A stretch of 64,000 bases of DNA from the IMG/VR virus record IMGVR_UViG_3300043409_001427, positions 18,104-82,103 of that record; one strand, given 5' to 3'. Position 1 is the first letter of the stretch. The number at the start of each line of letters is the position of its first letter. This document shows positions 1 through 13,300 of the stretch, piece by piece. The notes beneath the pieces are model-generated. The model was not told where the DNA came from. It searched no databases and saw only the letters and a program-made list of their open reading frames with translations. Position numbers and translations under genes: made by a program. Source of the stretch: a virus.

Positions 1-390
1 GACGGTTCAACTATGCTAGGTGTGTTGCATGAAAGAGGAATGTTAAAGAGGGTGCCGACCAACGGTGTCATAATGACTCCTACTCCCCAGGCCGCGGTAC
101 TGTTAAGTGAGCTTAACCAAATCATGGCGGAGCAAAAAGGAATCACCATCGATCAGTTGGCAGTAACCGACGGCGTAAATCCTAATCCAAAAACTAAAAA
201 AACAGCCGAGCCTGGAATCGTTAATAGTGAAACCGAAATTGAAATTGCAGAAGACGAAATGTCTCCAACGCAAATGAGAAGCCGTGCTGACGCATTGTTT
301 AAACAGGCGCAGGCTCTGCGTAAGCAAGCAGATACTATTGATCCTCCTAAAAGCAAAAAGAAAGAAGTAGTCGTTGACGAAGTTGAATGA
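1..390 (+). CDS. Hypothetical phage protein, probably 5'-truncated by the window edge
   Basis: The frame is open from base 1 (gac ggt tca act ATG). Its TGA stop overlaps the DHFR ATG (ATGA). Confidence 0.7.
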   Translation, partial: DGSTMLGVLHERGMLKRVPTNGVIMTPTPQAAVLLSELNQIMAEQKGITIDQLAVTDGVNPNPKTKKTAEPGIVNSETEIEIAEDEMSPTQMRSRADALFKQAQALRKQADTIDPPKSKKKEVVVDEVE

Positions 391-863
391 TCAATTGCCT
401 AGTAGCTATAGATCGTAACCGGGGCATTGGATTTGAAGGTCAGATGCCCTGGCCTCACCTTAAGGGTGATATGAAATGGTTCAAGCAGATGACGACTGGG
501 CAAGTTGTTATCATGGGATCAACTACATACGATAGCATGGGCAAGCCATTACCCAATCGCGTTAATGTGGTAATAAGTAGAAAGCGACTGTTAGGTGATC
601 ACACATTCGATGATTGCGGAAGTGCATTAGACTATTGTGCTGTAGAATATCCCGACAAGGATATTTTTGTTATTGGTGGAAGTGCCATTTACGAGCAATA
701 TTTAGATATCATTGATCGATTTTATGTAACAGAGATCGATGCTACTTACCAATGTGATAAATTTTTTGATTTTAATTATGTTCAAAAATACTTTACAAAG
801 GTTACAGAACATGCTACATTTAACGATCCAATAAAATATACCATAAAAGAATATAACATATGA
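387..863 (+). CDS. frd: Dihydrofolate reductase
   Basis: Motifs GIGxxGxMPW-HLKGDMKWFK, VVIMG, KPLPNRVN, IFVIGG and YQCDKFF; lies next to thymidylate synthase as in T4. Confidence 0.97.
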   Translation: MINCLVAIDRNRGIGFEGQMPWPHLKGDMKWFKQMTTGQVVIMGSTTYDSMGKPLPNRVNVVISRKRLLGDHTFDDCGSALDYCAVEYPDKDIFVIGGSAIYEQYLDIIDRFYVTEIDATYQCDKFFDFNYVQKYFTKVTEHATFNDPIKYTIKEYNI

Positions 864-1744
864 TACATCCAGATACTGTTTACCTCAACGCATTAAAAGA
901 TATTGTAAATCACGGAAATGATCGGCCGGATCGCACAGGTATAGGTACCCGTAGTATATTTGGTCTTCAAATGAGATTTAATCTTAGTGACGGTTTTCCT
1001 GCAATCACTACTAAAAAGTTAGCATGGAAGGCTGTAGTTAGTGAACTCCTTTGGTTTATTGAAGGCAGTGGAGACGAATTTCGTTTGAGAGAAATACTGC
1101 ACGGAGAGCGATATTCAGAAAAAAGAACTATCTGGACCGACAATGCCGAAGCAGACTATTGGGTCAAGCGGCGAAAACAGCGGCATCCGGGAGACCTTGG
1201 GCGTGTATATGGTGTACAATGGCGCAGGTGGCGTAAACCACTTATTCGAATTAACAAAGTTGTTCTACAAAATCACGATCAACTACTTGAATTAATTGAC
1301 AGCATTAAAACTGATCCATACAGCCGTAGACATATCATTACCGCATGGAATCCCGGCGAACTTGATTTAATGGCATTACCACCTTGTCATATGATGGCAC
1401 AATTTTATGTCGAGAACGGTAAACTGAGTTGCCAAATGTATCAGCGTAGTGCAGATATGTTCCTTGGCGTACCATTTAACATCGCGTCATACGCATTGTT
1501 TACTCATATGATTGCACAGGTGTGTAACCTAGGAGTAGGTGACCTAATTATTACAGTTGGGGATGCACACATTTACCAAAATCACTTTGATCAAGTAGCA
1601 GAGCAACTTACTAGAGAGCCGTTGCCGCTAGCAACATTAAAATTAAATCAAGATATTTCTGTTATTACTGAATTTGGCATGGAAGATGTTGAGCTAGAAG
1701 GCTATACTAGCCACGAAGCCATTAAGGCTCCGATGGCTCGTTAA
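860..1744 (+). CDS. thyA: Thymidylate synthase (ThyA type)
   Basis: DRTGIGT, TTKK, ELLWFI, catalytic MALPPCH, YQRSADMFLGVPFNIASY and GDAHIY. The ORF is uninterrupted. Confidence 0.98.
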   Translation: MIHPDTVYLNALKDIVNHGNDRPDRTGIGTRSIFGLQMRFNLSDGFPAITTKKLAWKAVVSELLWFIEGSGDEFRLREILHGERYSEKRTIWTDNAEADYWVKRRKQRHPGDLGRVYGVQWRRWRKPLIRINKVVLQNHDQLLELIDSIKTDPYSRRHIITAWNPGELDLMALPPCHMMAQFYVENGKLSCQMYQRSADMFLGVPFNIASYALFTHMIAQVCNLGVGDLIITVGDAHIYQNHFDQVAEQLTREPLPLATLKLNQDISVITEFGMEDVELEGYTSHEAIKAPMAR

Positions 1745-2940
1745 ACTTTAACTTCAATGATACCTTCGGGCCCTGGGAAATTTTCCAGGGCTTTTCCTAT
1801 TACGGCATCTGAAGAATCATTATCCAATTTGGATGTAGCGTATCCCCTTTTCATCCCACTAGCAACTAGTAGATCGCCCTTTTTAATAGGACCTGTAATC
1901 TTGCAAGGAACTCGACCTTTTAAGGCAATATAGGGGTGAGTTTCGTCGGATCCTGCTTCGGAATTCATCATATACGCCGGGTTTTTAGACACTATACCTG
2001 CGACTGCTGTCGTAGCATGTACCTTAGCAATAGTAACTTCTTTTTCGCCGCCTAGCATTAAAACAGTTCCAGCTTCGTATACTGCATCTGCTTCGTATCT
2101 TTCAGCAATATCTGCATACAAGGCGGCTGACGCAGTAACTTGAAGGATATCTGTTGTAGAATCATAACTTACCGCAGACCTAGTCACTAAATTCTGTGTT
2201 CCAGATACTGAAGTTGAAAATATCAAATAGTGTGTTCCGGTAGTAGTAGATTCTGTAACATCAACCTTTTGTGTTTTTAAAGAATCGGAGGCCGTTCCCC
2301 AAAATAGATAACCTGTGGATGTGCTAGTAGCTGATCGCCCAGTGATTGCATTTGCACCTGTTAAATTAACACCTTTCTTAATAACTGGAAATGCGCTGGT
2401 TAATCCAGTAGTAGAACTTGGTATGTAATTATTATTAGAAATTTCAATTACAGGAGTAGTTAATATTAGACCTCGGATAGCAGGTCGATCAACTTCGGTG
2501 TTATCTGGTATTCTAGAAAAATCCCAAGAACTACTTGCGCCACCGTATGGTTGATTGGAATTCCATGTATTAGTACTTGCGTCATATACTTTTATTTGTT
2601 GATTATAAGAATCCCACCATAAGTCACCTGTGTTTGCACCAGTTGGAGCAGTTACACTATATGGAATATTAGCTAAGTCTCTAAAACTGGTACCATCATA
2701 GGAAACTAATAGTCTACGAGACGACGGAGTGGAGTTAAACCACAACTGTCCTTGTACTGGTTTCTTTGGAGCAGTAGTATTGGCAAAGTTTTCTAACAAC
2801 TTAACTAGGTTTTGTTCTACCGGTTGCCCGTATCCCGAATAATTTCTTCCAACAAATGTTAAACTTGTTGAATTATCGACTGTAGCATCTTGAACTGTTG
2901 CTAAAGTCTCCCCATTTGTTTTCTTTAAAATATATGGCAT
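1741..2940 (-). CDS. Baseplate-attached fibre/spike protein with a C-terminal intramolecular-chaperone (peptidase G2-like) domain
   Basis: N-terminal TSLTFVGRNYSGYG..LLENFA..P..GQLWF and GDLWWD motifs. The C-terminus YADIAERY..GIVS.NPAYMMN..IALKGRVPCKI.G.IKKGDLLV..VIGKALE is typical of fibre chaperone domains. Confidence 0.7.
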   Translation of the reverse strand: MPYILKKTNGETLATVQDATVDNSTSLTFVGRNYSGYGQPVEQNLVKLLENFANTTAPKKPVQGQLWFNSTPSSRRLLVSYDGTSFRDLANIPYSVTAPTGANTGDLWWDSYNQQIKVYDASTNTWNSNQPYGGASSSWDFSRIPDNTEVDRPAIRGLILTTPVIEISNNNYIPSSTTGLTSAFPVIKKGVNLTGANAITGRSATSTSTGYLFWGTASDSLKTQKVDVTESTTTGTHYLIFSTSVSGTQNLVTRSAVSYDSTTDILQVTASAALYADIAERYEADAVYEAGTVLMLGGEKEVTIAKVHATTAVAGIVSKNPAYMMNSEAGSDETHPYIALKGRVPCKITGPIKKGDLLVASGMKRGYATSKLDNDSSDAVIGKALENFPGPEGIIEVKV

Positions 2941-2952
2941 GATCTTTTCTTC

Positions 2953-3741
2953 TTATAAGGCAGCTATAGCGTTTTTAAAATCAGTAAAACTCGTGCAAGT
3001 TGATATAATCGTTTTTAAATTTTCAATACTTATGCTTGCACCTGTTTGAATAGATTCATCTGGAAATGATAAAGAACTGACTGTCACTGTATTAAGTTCA
3101 CTTATTCCAGTTATTCTGATGCCCCCTATTATTGTTAGTCCGTCAACAATCTTAAATTCAGCATCGTTTGCCCTAGAGAAATATGATGTAGCATCTCCGC
3201 CACTAACAATAAATGTAGCAGTAGATATCGCTCCAATTACATCTCCGTGATTCTTTAACAAAGTAACCTGTTGTGTTTCGGCATCCGTAGCATCGTCAAA
3301 CACCGGTACAGGAGGATATGACCAACCACTTATAACATTCCTAGGAAAATGTGTTATGGATTGGTACTGTCCACTTGCATCTAAAAAGTTTAATGTGCTT
3401 CTAAGTGTATCGTACCAAAGTTCGCCTGCAATCTGTCCAGTTGGAGAACTATCTTTAATAATAACCGGATTGACTAATTTAAATCCGGTGTCATGATCAT
3501 AGACTTTTAACTTATTGTAAGTAGTATCATACCATAATTGTCCAGGCAGTGGATGTTCTGGTGGAAGTGCTGATACATTGGCAAAATTTGTCAACATATC
3601 AATTAAATTTTGATTGTAATATTTTCCATAATTAAGCACATCTCTACCGACCAATGTAATGCTGGAGGTAGAAGTGTTAATTTTTCCCGAAGGGACTGTT
3701 GTTAATACTGTTCCGCTAGTGTTATAAATGATATATGACAT
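2953..3741 (-). CDS. Fibre-like structural protein, paralogue of the 1741-2940 N-terminal region
   Basis: Shares M.YI...T.G..L.TV, LVGR..YG..NL..L.NFA, P..GQLWYD and GELWYD with its neighbour. Confidence 0.7.
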   Translation of the reverse strand: MSYIIYNTSGTVLTTVPSGKINTSTSSITLVGRDVLNYGKYYNQNLIDMLTNFANVSALPPEHPLPGQLWYDTTYNKLKVYDHDTGFKLVNPVIIKDSSPTGQIAGELWYDTLRSTLNFLDASGQYQSITHFPRNVISGWSYPPVPVFDDATDAETQQVTLLKNHGDVIGAISTATFIVSGGDATSYFSRANDAEFKIVDGLTIIGGIRITGISELNTVTVSSLSFPDESIQTGASISIENLKTIISTCTSFTDFKNAIAAL

Positions 3742-3753
3742 TTACTATACCCC

Positions 3754-4386
3754 TTAACTCGTTAAACTCTGTATGCGAACAGTGTAGTCTATCTGTATTA
3801 GTCTGTTTAGTGATTTTTGGACGGGATGAAAAATTACATGGGTAAGCAATACTCCCGATCCAGGACCACTTGCACCATATGATCGCAGGCCTAATTCATC
3901 AAACACAAATGTTCCTTCGGAGGTCGTTGCATTGTCAAACGCCTGTTGCCCTTCGGGCTCGCCAAAATCTAACAAACAGCTAACTAGAATATCTGAATAC
4001 GGGGCTCCGGCAACATGTCTTACTTCCATGAAATTGCGCCTAGGATCTAAATCATATGGGCTCGATGCATCAATGTTTTTTATGTAGGTTTGATTATATA
4101 AACTTGATGATGAATCAAGTGTATTTGGGGTCAAATAAGTTATAATTCCAGTATCATCAACTCGGGTACCGCCATTACCAAAACACATTTCTCCGATAAA
4201 TCTTCCTTGATTGCTCATAGCATGAGCCATTGCTATGCTAAAATTCTCATAATGTATAGCATTAGGTTTATCAATTAAAATCTCGTCCGTTAACGGATCA
4301 AATATTTTGATATGCCCCTGTATGCTAAAAGCACCTTGATCTTTATGCTGTGTATTGTCACTTCTGTTCATTTTAATATTTCCCAT
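3754..4386 (-). CDS. Putative baseplate/fibre-attachment structural protein
   Basis: FGNGGT, FDELGL and HVIFHPVQKSLNRLIQIDYTVRI motifs; lies in the baseplate operon; TAAATA sits 5 nt upstream of the ATG. Confidence 0.6.
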   Translation of the reverse strand: MGNIKMNRSDNTQHKDQGAFSIQGHIKIFDPLTDEILIDKPNAIHYENFSIAMAHAMSNQGRFIGEMCFGNGGTRVDDTGIITYLTPNTLDSSSSLYNQTYIKNIDASSPYDLDPRRNFMEVRHVAGAPYSDILVSCLLDFGEPEGQQAFDNATTSEGTFVFDELGLRSYGASGPGSGVLLTHVIFHPVQKSLNRLIQIDYTVRIQSLTS

Positions 4387-4394
4387 ATCGGTAT

Positions 4395-7300
4395 TTATGC
4401 CATCTTAATCGGAGCATTTGGCAACTCGGCTGGTCTTTCTTTTAAGAAAGTTGCTATTGTAGATGTACTATCTAGTAAAGGTACAGTCTCAAACAGAGAA
4501 ATCTTGTCATTCCACTCATCAGTTACAGCAAATTCTTTCTTAATAATGGTCAACTGTACATCGTCTGCAACATTAAGCACCTCATTATTTAACATTATTG
4601 ATTGCCCTGCTACATTGATTGAAAATTCCTCTGGTAAGAATTTTGTTCCAGAATATACCCAGCCCGGAGTTGCACCAGGTTCGGATCTAGTTCCAACAAA
4701 GGTCCAAATTTCATTGTTAGAAGTTAATCTGCAAGAAGCTCCAATACTTACTCCTGTTGGTAATAATGAGGAATTTGTCCTATTTCCTAAAAGATGATTT
4801 ACTGGTACGCTATCATAAGAAACTGCCGGATCATGTAAGTATATCCCGGCTTTTCTTAATAGCCTACCGCCATAATATACATCAACTTGATCTTTTCCAT
4901 TAATATTAGATGTTAGGTGATGCGATTCTAACATAGCTAGTGGATCGGAAGATACCGATAAAGTAATTCCGTCAGATCTAACAAGATCGTCCGTTCCAGG
5001 ATAATATACTAATTCTGTAGATGTACTAATACCATATGTGTATGTTGACGAACTAGTAAATGTATTTTGGATATATGTATTTTCAATTGATTCAATTTCT
5101 TGCCAATGCCCTTGATCAACCACCGAAGTACCGGCAGGATAAAGATTTGCCGGGCCCGTACCCAATGTTCCTCTTCTAAATGCTGTTATTGTAGTGCTGG
5201 TATAATCAGTAAATTCAATACGCTCGCCATTGATGTAAATAATTCCCGGAATATTTTCTTCTTCAATTGGGGGACTTAACACGGATGTGTCTCCAACATA
5301 GATAACATCGTCATCTACTGCCAAATTTCTAGTTAGGTAAGTTGAGTTTTCAGCACTCAACCTAGTAAATGTAATTCCGCCCAACATATCATTAAAGATT
5401 CTATATCCAATTAACTCAGCTGGTACATCTTGACTGATAAAGCTAATAATTTCTACAAAATCACTAGGATCAATCACCCAACTATCACTTATTTCAACAG
5501 TCTTGTTATCTTCTAAGACAGTAAAGTCATAACTATTAATCAACGGATAACTTTGTAATGGTAATCCGTCGCCTAAACTCTTAAACAATGTAACCCAAAC
5601 ATATCTATCATCAATTACCGGACGAGACATTTGGAATCGTCTATTTGGATCGCCATTAAATTTTTCAGTATGCATTAATAGGCCGTCGTGATTAGTATAT
5701 GTAATAACCCGAATGGATGCAGATTCTATCATATCAGAATTTGGAACTTGCGCTCCGGGTGCAATGAACAACTCAGTCCCATCTACTCGATAATCATAAG
5801 CATAATCTGTTAATGTGTTTGCAACTCCAACTACATCCGGTAATAATGTTTCAATAGCAACTGTATCGCCTACATAAGTTGTAGTATTAACTGTTACAAC
5901 ACCTAAAGAATATGCAAATGGTACTATCTCGCCGTTGTTGTAAACAACTATCGTTGTCTCTGATAGATACTCTGTAAATATATTTGTCAACGACACATTA
6001 AATGTAGCACCGGTTGATGTGGTTTCAATCGTATAATAATCAGTTTCTGGTGCTAGCAATCTCCTTGTTCCAATACTATCTGTAATTTCTACAATAGTTT
6101 GAGCAGACTGGGGACCAGATATACCCGGAGGATACATTAAAGTTAATGGATAGTTAGTAGAAGTGCTATCAATTATAAATGTCTGCTCTCTAATTTCGTT
6201 AAAGTAATCATGTGATTCATCAAAGAACCAAGCCTGAACTACATGATTATCACTTACAGGAAGATTATAAAGATTTATTATACACTTTCCAGTTGATGTG
6301 GTTTGAGATAACATGTAACCGTATTCACTAGAAGATACTACCTCTTCAAGATTGATCCCGTTGACTGTAACATACGAATCAACAATCATATTAAAATCAA
6401 CTACAGTCTCAACTATTAAGTTTGTTTCAGTCCCCGCAAAATAAATGTGCTTATCAATTATTCCCCAAGTTTCTGCATCGCCGCTGCCGCCGCCAATTCC
6501 AACAATAGTGTATCCTAGTTCACCTAAAGATGATTGTGCAGGAATTGTTAAAGTAGCAGTATCCCAATCTAAATTATAATAGGGTTCATCATATCCTAAT
6601 TCGTTAGTGGTGTATGCTAATTCAACTCCGTTGCATATAACACTGATTGCGGCAATGGTAGAAGGTAATCGACTTAACACATACGAAGTAGTGTCTACTG
6701 ACACAACTGTATCAAACTTGGCACTATATATTATTGCTGGTCCAGAACTGCCCCTAGTGAAAACATTTATTCCTAAACTATCTACTACTAGTCCGGGAAC
6801 ATTTTCTTCGGGGGCATATCCTGCTTCAGCTGTTAAAAATCCGGATTGGCCGTCAATTATAATATCGTTTGGAGCAACCCCTAGAGCTGAATTAAGAACA
6901 CCGTCTTGCCAATCACCGCCCTGTACAATGGAATCAAGATAGATTCCGCCTCGTGGATCGTAAAATGTTTGTCCGCCAACGACTGTTCCTGGATAATCAA
7001 CTCCGTACATTAGTTGACCCAAATCTAATCCTACCATACCACTAGTTGCAGTATAATAACTTAATAATCGATCAGATGCACTTATCAAATCTGCACTCTT
7101 TTCATATGAAATAGTAATTACAGATCCATTTGCAATTGGTTCTTCATCAAAGAAGACAAGATTAGCATATTTTTTATGATACCCATTATATAAGTCTGTA
7201 AAATATCTTATTGTAAATTCACTAGATAGATATAGTCGCCCATCAACCCTAACAGTGATAGAACTCTTATTAGCATTAGGTACCCAGTTTAATAAAAATT

Positions 7301-10300
7301 CTGTTGCTACGCCATTGGCGATAAACATATCAGAAGTTCCAAATTCTCCGGACTCGCTCATTGAGGTAATTCTATCAAATTTCATAGTTACAGAGGTTGT
7401 TCGATCTTGCTCAACTACTTCAGTGTTACTTTTTTCAGTAACTGAATATTTGTTAGTAAATTCTCGTATCTGCGTATGGTACGGTTTTACTTCGTTAATA
7501 TAGCTTTCATAGAATGCACTATCTTGTAGCTTATAAACCGGAGGTTGTGTAAGGTCTCCAGCAGTATTGATTACACTAATGAACGAAGTTTTGAACGCCC
7601 AGTCTAACATCTTCTGCTCAGTTAATGCATATCTAACAGCGGTAAAGAATAATAAATTCCATTTAGATTTTAATTCATTGATAAAGATATCATTTTTAAG
7701 AGCTGTAAATATGTAACGGATCTCAGTATCGGGAGTTTGATCCCATAAAGTCTCATCATAGGTGTTGAGATAATCCCAACCTAACCCACTATTCTTAACA
7801 TCCCAAATACTACTATTAATTTGTATAGTACCATTTTGTTTAAAAACGATATCATACTCGGGACCATATGTGCCCCTTACACCATTCTCTAATTTGTTAA
7901 GAACAATATAATTTCCGTCGCCACCGTTATTAACTTTAACATACTCGTTAGGTCTCAAACTTATTTCAGAAAGTTCGTACGGGCTTCCGACTACCGCAGA
8001 ATAAATTTGATATGACTTATAATCTGTACTAGTCCAATCGATGTAATCCCAATATAAAGTAGTGTTAAATGATTGTGTATGGGCTCGAACCCATGTTAGT
8101 TCTACATAGTCCCACTCGTATCTTGTCCATTTTCCATTATATGTATCGTCACTTTGTACAAATACAGTATGAGGGCGAGTCTTAAATGTAAAACCTGAGG
8201 CAAAATTCTTACCGCCAGTTATCACAGATGCATGTATGAATTGACCCTGGGCATCAACCATTGTTTGTATTCTTAATCCCGATCCATAAGAATTAATAGT
8301 GCTATCTTTAAAACTTGTTAGTTGGCTATCAAATGTTGTGGATCCGTTATCAAACACGGTGTCGTTTGATATTTCAGTTAAGACCGGACCTTCATACCCG
8401 ATAACAGTCCCGGTAATATCTTTAATTGGATTTTCTGTACCGTAGCCAAAACCAGGTTCTGCAATAGTAACGCTCGCAACAGATCCGTTTTCATCTACTA
8501 TGCAATTTATAGACCCTCGTTCAAACCCTGCTGTAGAAATAATTTCTAATGCACTGTTATCTTCAACTAAATGATCGTACTCATTTAAATGTTTATTTGG
8601 TATTTCTTCTTGAGCATTTAGATTTTTGAAACTATAATTGTTTGTTATTGGTACGGTTAATAGTACATTATTTGAAAATTCAACTAAGTTTCTAAGGGCC
8701 TCCATCCGATCTTTAAATAATGTTTGTTGTGGTCTAACTCCCAATCCATATCGTACACGATCTGATAATTCAGGATTTGGAACTAAGTTGCCCAACTCGT
8801 CGTGCCCTAATAAACTATCTAGTAGTTTCTTTTCAAAGATAGCAGGTGGCATGTCTTCGTCACTATCTTCCTTTAACAATATCCATTGAGTATGTCTTGG
8901 AGTGGTAGTTATTTCTAGATCTTTTGCAATGTTAATACTAATCTTTGAATCAACTGGTACATTACCAAGATTACTTAACATTATTGCATCTTTATCTATT
9001 ATTGAAATAAACCGTAATCCGTATGCGGTTGGGTCAGCAATAGCACTAGCAACTGCATAGGCGCTTATTCGTCGATCTTTTCTATCAGGAACTAATACTT
9101 TATTTTTTACCCAATAATAGTATACATTAGAATAGCTATTTGTTACCGAATCATAAACTTGCTTGACAGAAATTACACTATTATCTGGAAATTTAGGTTG
9201 CCCGCTAATTCCCTGAGAAAGCCCAGAGGAGGTATCTGATTGACTTGCCCATTCGCTAGGCAGCAATGTAGACCTTACCCATTCATAGATATCAATGGTG
9301 GCTCCTGGAAATAGTTTACCCCAATTATTTTTACGGTATTCAAGGTCTCCTTGTTCATACCAAATATACTTGGCGGTGCTTAAATCCCACCATAGCTTTC
9401 CAACATACTCATCGAGCCAATTCTTTTCTGTATCATTGTTAGTTCCTGCAACACCGATACTGTAAATTGCAGGATCACTCACTAGCTTAAACGAAAGTTC
9501 TTGTTCTGCTATCCCAGGAACTTTACCCTTCAGTGGATCATATATGTCAAGATATTCAATGATCTGCTCTTCTTCAGTATTAATTAATGCTATGCGTTTT
9601 AAATAAGTTGTGTCTACAAAATCATCCTGAGTTACAATCTTATCCCAAGGATACTTTTCAGAACTTGTTCTTTCAAATTTTAAGAAACCGCTATCAGCAT
9701 TTGAATTATCTAGCGCAGGAAATCCTACACAGATCATAGTATCGTCGACGGTCAAGCTACTTCCGTAGTTAGTACCCGGAGTTGAATATATGTAAGCGTC
9801 AGATAACTCTTGTCCATACACAAATCTAGAATCACTTCGTTGATAAAGATAAACAGAACCGCTGCCTGTTTCAGTTCCTTTAATTTTAGTAATGCCGCCG
9901 TCAAAAGTCATTAAGCTATTATCAAAAGTAGTTGGCAGGGTATGTTGTATACCAGTAGCAGAAATTGCCAACATATCTGTTGATTCAGTAACATCAATTA
10001 CAATACCAAACTCCATGCCTTCACCGATTACAGGATTTGTGATAGTTTGATCAAGAACAAATGTTCCGTTAGAATTTTTATAAACAAATACCTTGCCCAA
10101 TGAGTAATCGTCGTTAACTTCTGTTGGGGATGAAACAAACAGATACTCCCCCAGCGGACTCATTGATAGTGCGGTTCCAAACTTAGAGTCAGATCCAGTA
10201 AGGGTTAATATTTTTGTTAGAGACTTGTTATAAATCTCAACGGTGCCTGCTAATCCAACAGCAATAAAAGAAGCGTTGTCTGTACCTGCAATAGCGTTAA

Positions 10301-13300
10301 CCGTTTTTTCGGTAATCAGCGGCGTTCCTGAGGATATAGTAATTGTACCTGCATTATCCGATACTGTATACGAATAGACAGCATTTTCTGCACCCACTAA
10401 TACAAGTTTTGTAGTTGCGTTCCTTTCAACAAATATGCTAGAACCAAATTTAGTTACAGAATCTGTATTAGGACTATTAATATACGCAGTAGTTTTTACA
10501 ATTAATGATCTTGAATCTATTGCGTCAATTTGTACAATCCCCTGATTAGAGAATGCAAGTGGTGCTCCGGCAAAGATTGTGCCATAATTGGATCCTGTAA
10601 ATGGAATATCATCATAAACAATAACAGATCCAAACCCAGACGGTTGGTTAAGATAGTCGGCACCAAATCTATATTTTACTAACGGCCCAAAGGTTCCATT
10701 ACTGTCAGTGTCATACACCCAAATATTTCCATATTGAGCTCCTCTATAATTATCAGGAGATCCGACAACGACTATATTACTGCCCTTTCGTTGACTAATT
10801 GCAGAGCCTAGGTGAGGCTCTGCAGGAATACCCAATTCAACATACGATGTAGAAGAATAATTGTTTATTTTTTCATACACTTCCCAAGATCCAGAATTGT
10901 CAATCCAATATTTTGTTCCGGCTGGCAGTCTGTATAACTCTTGGTCAGACGGTAAGTTATCAAAACTAGATAATCTTGCACTGGCAAATACATACAACTG
11001 CCCTGGTGATAGTAACTCAGCATCTCGAATATTTGCTAGTGAACTTGCAACTGTGAAACGATTGGCGGAAGGTATTGCTATTACTGTGTGAATACCATTC
11101 ACTTGTTCGTTAAATTGGCTAACTCCAATAATCTGTCCAACTGATAAGTTGTGAGGATATTGAGAAGTAAATGTTATCGACTTAGCTGGTTCTGCAACAA
11201 ATACACCAATCAGCAATGCAGGGTTATATGTGTACCTAAGTACATCCCAAGATCCATCTTTCTTAAATCCTACCCATACTGTATTACCATCCTTTAATTG
11301 GTTGCTGTTAGCAATGTCCAACAAGCTGTCTTCATTGTACGCAGTCGCAGTAACATCAACTGACCTTACATACCCCGAATGTTGTAACAATAATATATCT
11401 TCAGTTGAAGTGGTATTAAATGTGTTTGCAGGATTGTAATTAGGAGGACTAATCGTTAAATTAGATGATAATGTATAATGAATTAAATCGTTTGCCGAAG
11501 CTGCCGGAACTTCCGAAACAAATTTAATAATTTGTGGATTTTCTAAAAAGGTTCCTTCAATCAACGGAGTTTCTATTTCTTGGTAAGTAGGAAAGGACCC
11601 AAAATTTCCAACTCTAAAGGCCCATTCTTCATTGTAAGAAATGTTACCCCTTAATACAGATGAACTAGCCTTGGCTAATTTAGAAATTGCATTTTGAGTT
11701 CCTTTTTCTCTAATAAACCCTTGATAAAATTTGTACTGAGATATAGTGTTAGGAAAAATATTATTTAGATAAACTCGAGGTGTATAGCCAGTAAGGTGTT
11801 GGCTCAGCCGTTGTTGCCCTTCATCAAAGTTATCAGAATCTAAACTGTAGAAATCTTCAAACTGGCTTATCTTATAATCAAAGTTTGGCAACAGAGCAGG
11901 CTCTGGTTTCTTATCTAGTACGGCCCATTGATTAAAATCAAAAGAAGATCGTCGTTCAATGTTTCTTATAGCAGAATAATATTTTCCATTAAATCGAACC
12001 GTCGTTCCGGCAGTGTAGGGTGTGTTAGGAACCCAATCAACTATTTCGGCGGTATCGTAAACAAATCCGGGACTAAAATAATCCCCGTTCCAATTTGCGG
12101 TTCTAAAGCCCACAAGTTTAATACGGCGTTGACGGCTTCCGGTTTCTAATTTATAAATTACATCATTAAAAATAGTGTTATTATCAAAAATAATTACATG
12201 TTCTTTCTGGACTAAATTTAATTGAATAAAATATATGCCGTCTGAATTAGGAGCGGTAGCGATTGTACAGGTCCCGTCATCTCTTGAAATATTTAAATCA
12301 GTTTTTAGAAATACAGACTTGTCTGCTCGTAACACTTCATAAGACTGAAACAAATTGTCAACAACTGCATTTGAACTCTTATAAACTACTTTATCAGAAA
12401 ATGGACTTAATGTAATAATACTCCCAGTGGCCCATGGTTGTGTAGACCAAAATAGGAACTCTTTGGCACTAAGATTCCAATCTAGAACTGAATCAAGATC
12501 TATATTATACTCAGAAAAAACAAATCCCCTGCTTTCAAGCCATCGACCATACCCAATAATAACATCGTAGATTTCCTGGATGCTAGAAAATGTGGTTCCG
12601 TACTCAATAGGAGTTACTGTAGATTCAAATGCCACTGCAACTTGCACAGAGGCGCCACCCTCAGTGGGCAGTCTTGGTACCTTTTGAAAATACTCAACAT
12701 TAAACACATTGCCTGCTCGGTGTCCAACTTTGGTTACATAAAAATCACTACCGTATTGTACATACTGACCTGTTTTATAAAAGTTGCCAACCGGAGCAGA
12801 CGATGCTGAAGTTGTATCGACAGAATTTAATCCGGTAGCACTAGCTGTTCTCGACGGCGCCCATACTACATAAGACACTGTCTCGCCGCCTACTGTGATA
12901 AATGTAGTTCCAAGATTTCTTATAGGTTTAAATATATTAAAATACCCCGATCTATCATATCCGGAAATATTATAACCACTCCGCGTTCTCTCAATGATCA
13001 TCCCGGAAGCAGTAACTGATAATATAGGATTTCCTACATTTAATCGCAATTTATAATTTTGAGACGGTAATATAGAACCAGGAGAAGTACTTGTTGGTGC
13101 GTAGGCATCAACAATTATTTGCAATGTATCTTTATCAGCAAACCCATTTAACTTGTAAATTAAATTATAACTTGCATAAGTTAGATCTTGCCTTAAATTT
13201 TTAATATAATCTTTATCTTCTTGCATTCCTATTTCAGAAAGGAATACACTATACCCGCTAGTCTGAGTTTTATTTTCGTTGTGAATAAACATCTCTGCTA

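Noticed and set aside
860-1744. dCMP hydroxymethylase or intron-containing td
   Set aside because: The PFN asparagine indicates dUMP specificity, and the ORF is continuous.
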